Positions 60,780-64,000 of a stretch of DNA of 64,000 nucleotides are shown here, piece by piece. How positions within the stretch are numbered: the first letter of the stretch is position 1; each line of letters begins with the position of its first letter. The position numbers and the translations under genes are program-made. Source of the DNA: Phyllosticta citribraziliensis (lineage: Eukaryota); assembly GCF_038025025.1 (NCBI RefSeq), contig NW_027117342.1, positions 1,240,001 through 1,304,000 on the forward strand, in the 5' to 3' direction. The notes beneath the pieces are model-generated. The model saw only the letters and a list, made by a program, of their open reading frames with translations. It searched no databases and had not been told where the DNA came from.

Positions 60780-63700
60780 CTATTTGCCGAGCTTCACCAT
60801 CACATATGGAACCTCGACATCCTCCTCGGCCGTGTCCTCGGCCGTGATTTCAAAAATGACGTTCTTCTGGTGGTCGGGAATCTTCTTCTTGGAGATGGTC
60901 TCGACAAGTTCGCTGAGCCTGTTTGAAAACGTTAGCCAGCCTTCAAAGTGAACGCCACGTTTGATACGTACTTGAGCGGCAACCGATCCTTCAGCTTGTT
61001 CGGGGGGTAGAAGCTTGCGTACAGCAAGCTGACTCCCGAGCTGATCATCATAATGCTGAGACCCTTCCTTTCAAAGTCATCCAAGAACTCCTGCAGGGTG
61101 GTGTTTTCGACCTCGAAGCGATCCCAGAGCTTGTCAACAACGACTTCGCCGTTGGTTCCCTGGTACTTGCCCTTGGGGCTTGCAATTGGCTCACTGAAGC
61201 CGAAGAATGGCAGAGCCAGGTTGACAAAGCCATTCTTGTACTGCTCAATGTCGGTCTTGCCGTCCAACACCTTGTACAACTCAAGATTGACGAGACCAGT
61301 AACGAGCGCCGTCGTCGTGGCAATGGCAGGAATGATCTTGCCAGCAATGAACTTGGTCTTGTGGCGGTCGGCCTGTTGGATTTTGTAGTTCTCTGCACGG
61401 AGATTGCTAGCCGCAGTGATGAAGTCGATGTGGTAGTTGGTGTCATCGTCCTTCTCGAATTCGACCGGCTCGAGCTTGAAACCGGCCAAGGACTTGGGCG
61501 GCGGAAGAGCATCGACCATCTTCTGAAGGTCGCTTTCGTCGTCCCTTGCTTGCTGTGCGTTCGGGTCCGGATCATTGTCACTAGCCTGGATCCTGACACC
61601 GGGGTCCGGCTTGAAGTCTGGGATGATCATATTGTCCATCACCTTGAGGTACTGTTCCCTAGAGACACCCTTGCGACTGATGTTGTAGTTGAACGCGTGC
61701 AGGTTTGCTGCCGCCTCGACGAACTTGAAGTGCGTAGGGTTGTTGGGGTCAAACTTCAGTGCATCAGGGGCGCGCTTGGGGCCCGACCAGAAAGGCTGAC
61801 CACTCGAGGTAGTCGAGTCCTTGGGAAAGTTGAACAGCAACTGCTGGATGTTGTTGTTGTACTGCTTCTCAAATTGCTGCCTGGCCCAGATGATGCAGTC
61901 ATCGAAAGTCAAGGGCTTCTCCTTGACAAGATAGTCGCGTAGCGTTTCGAGAGTCTGCTTCTCATTGCCCGACTGCTTCAATGCACTTCCGAGGTAGTTG
62001 GGTTGCGTGAGGTACATGTTGACAACCTCTGCAGGCTGCGCAAAGTAGCTGTGGAAGAGATCCTTTGCCCAGGCAATCGTGTGCTCGATCCTGTTGGGGA
62101 AACTCCTGAGAGTACACATCGGGAAAGACTGCTCGGGGGGATCCTGGGAGCTAGAGTACGACTCGGTGATGTTGGGCAAAACGACCTGGGTGTTGCCCTT
62201 GGTGCCAAGAGTACCGCTGTCGAGTAGAGGCTTGCGGAAGAAGACGCAACGACGGTCGACGTAGGTACGAGCCTCGACGTTGTCAAGAGCGTTGGTGACA
62301 CCATCAAGGTTATTCCAGAAATCCTCGTTGAAAATATGCTCGGTATCGGCGCCCACCCGTTCCCTAAGAGTAACAATGTGACCCTTCAAGTCAGGGTTCA
62401 TGGCCTGCACCGCCTCCGCAGCGCAGTCGCTCTTCAACTTGCCTACATCCTTGGGCCTGAACAAGAATTGGCGGTTGAGGTTGCTCTTCTCGATCTGATC
62501 CATGTCCGTCACCCAGATCTTGCCCTCCGGTCCAGCACCAACGCCCATCATCGCCCAGTTCTTCAGCATCTCGCAGCCAATGGCACCGGCGCCGACCAGG
62601 AACTCCTTGACGTTGGCGAGCTTGTCCTGGTATTCCTTGCCAAAGACTGCGATCTGGCCGTCGTAGCGGGTTCCGAGTGGCTTGCACGAGTCCTCAGAGC
62701 GAGTGGTCGAGGAAGGCAGGGACTCCAAAGAGTCAAAGTAGAGCCATTGCAAGATGGGGTGGAACTTTCCGGACACAGACTTGAGGACTTCTTGTGCGAC
62801 CAGGCCACCAAAGAAGGCCGCGATTGGGCTCAGGTCACCCTGGGCTTGGAAGCTCAGCTCTTTGATGATCTTCTCATCCAGCTCCACCTTGTCCTCACCC
62901 TCGCCGGCGAGGCTTTGGGCAATCTTGAAAACTTCGGCCGCATCTGCTTGGTGGTGTGGTCTCGGGAACACTCCGTTGTGTTGCTCAGCAAAGGCATGGA
63001 GCGCCTGAACACCAACGTGCAGTTGCGGGGGTCGGTCGAACTTGGCAAAGTCTGATTCCAAGATTTTGGGCTTCTTGAGCTGTTCGCTGAGAGGCTCAAA
63101 GTCCATGATCTTTGGCATCTTGACCTGGTGGAACAAGCCACCGCGCTTGTACTGGCCCAATCCAGAGACATCGCCAATGTTGAAGGTGTATGGGCCCTTG
63201 ACGGTAACCTTTCGAGGAGCGGATTCGTTGAGGCCTTCCATACCCTCCAGTTCAGAGAAAGTAACGTAGTCGCCATCCTCGAGACCGTGCCTCGTCTCGT
63301 CCAGCGCTGAAACCGTGCCATCTTCGTCGATTGCCGCAACAATCCCGCTAGTCGGGTTCTCTCCAGTTGGGTCGCCGCAGGTAAAGTTCTTGCCGAAATC
63401 CGTGAAGACGTGACCGAAGAGACCGAAGGTGTCCGAAATGACGACGTAGATGCCGTTTTGGTGGCAGAAGTCTGCAATCAGCAGCTGGTCGCGGAGCGTC
63501 GTGTCGGTAAGAACAACGCATTGGTACTGCTTGAGCAGACTCAAGTCGGAGGTCAGGTCTTTCGCGGCGTGTTCGCGAATGGGTACGTAGGGATTAAGCT
63601 CCGAGACTCGAGGGATGGTCACAGAGGCGCGCGGCTTGCCAACATCTTCGGGGTGGAGGAAGAACTGGGAGGAGAGGTCCTGAATAGTGGCAGGCTTGGG

Positions 63701-63919
63701 GTCGAAGAGCGTTAGAGACTTTACGCCTGCAAGCGCAATGTTCTTCGCAATCTCGACACCCAGACCTCTCAAACCAACGACGAGGATGTTGGAAGATCCC
63801 ATGCGCTTCATAGCCTCGTGTCCCAGGACGTACAGCTGTCTGCTGTAAAGTGACTCGTCAATCTCACCAGGTCCATCCTTGAGCTGCTCGGCCGCAGCTT
63901 GCGGGTTGTCGATCTGCAT
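60780..63919 (-). CDS. UBA1: Ubiquitin-activating enzyme E1; last intron about 60920-60970; first exon probably lies beyond the window
   Basis: [41 protein letters not shown] (catalytic Cys), FEKDDDTN; final exon ..[13 protein letters not shown]. Confidence 0.97.
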
Positions 63920-64000
63920 TTTGTCCTGAGAGAGCTCATAAGTATGTCGACTTTTGACAGCGCGGCGCAGTTTGAGGCCCAAGGTGGGCTGAGCCAGCAC

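Noticed and set aside
1..64000. Transposons, RIP-degraded AT-rich blocks, CRISPR arrays, rRNA
   Set aside because: No transposase/RT motifs, terminal repeats, AT-rich islands or spaced repeat arrays were seen.

Overview
Intron-containing genomic DNA from a filamentous ascomycete (inferred from short GT-AG introns with CTRAC branch points and fungal housekeeping genes). The left part (about 0.6-27 kb) is an accessory, secondary-metabolism/detoxification region. It holds two P450s, an NmrA-like reductase, a 14-TM MFS pump, a questin-oxidase-like protein, a Zn-type ADH/enoyl reductase and an Old Yellow Enzyme. It ends in a compact isocyanide-synthase cluster: a signal-peptide-bearing isonitrile-hydratase-like DJ-1/PfpI gene, a DIT1/PvcA-type isocyanide synthase, a divergent DIT2/CYP56 P450 and a DHA1 (Dtr1-like) MFS transporter. 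A few orphan/BTB genes follow. The right part (33-64 kb) is mostly housekeeping: DCAF8-like WD40, BCP1, GUA1, MCM6, PRI2, PHO13, TRM61-like, DCR2, NBP35 and UBA1 (5' end probably outside the window). The most unusual signal lies between the convergent MCM6 and PRI2 genes. It is a tandem pair of Pol III-type tRNA-like genes with near-identical acceptor, D and T arms, in which the anticodon loop is replaced by 110-118 nt structured, co-varying inserts that give no canonical anticodon. All calls come from reading the sequence and recognising motifs; no database searches were run.
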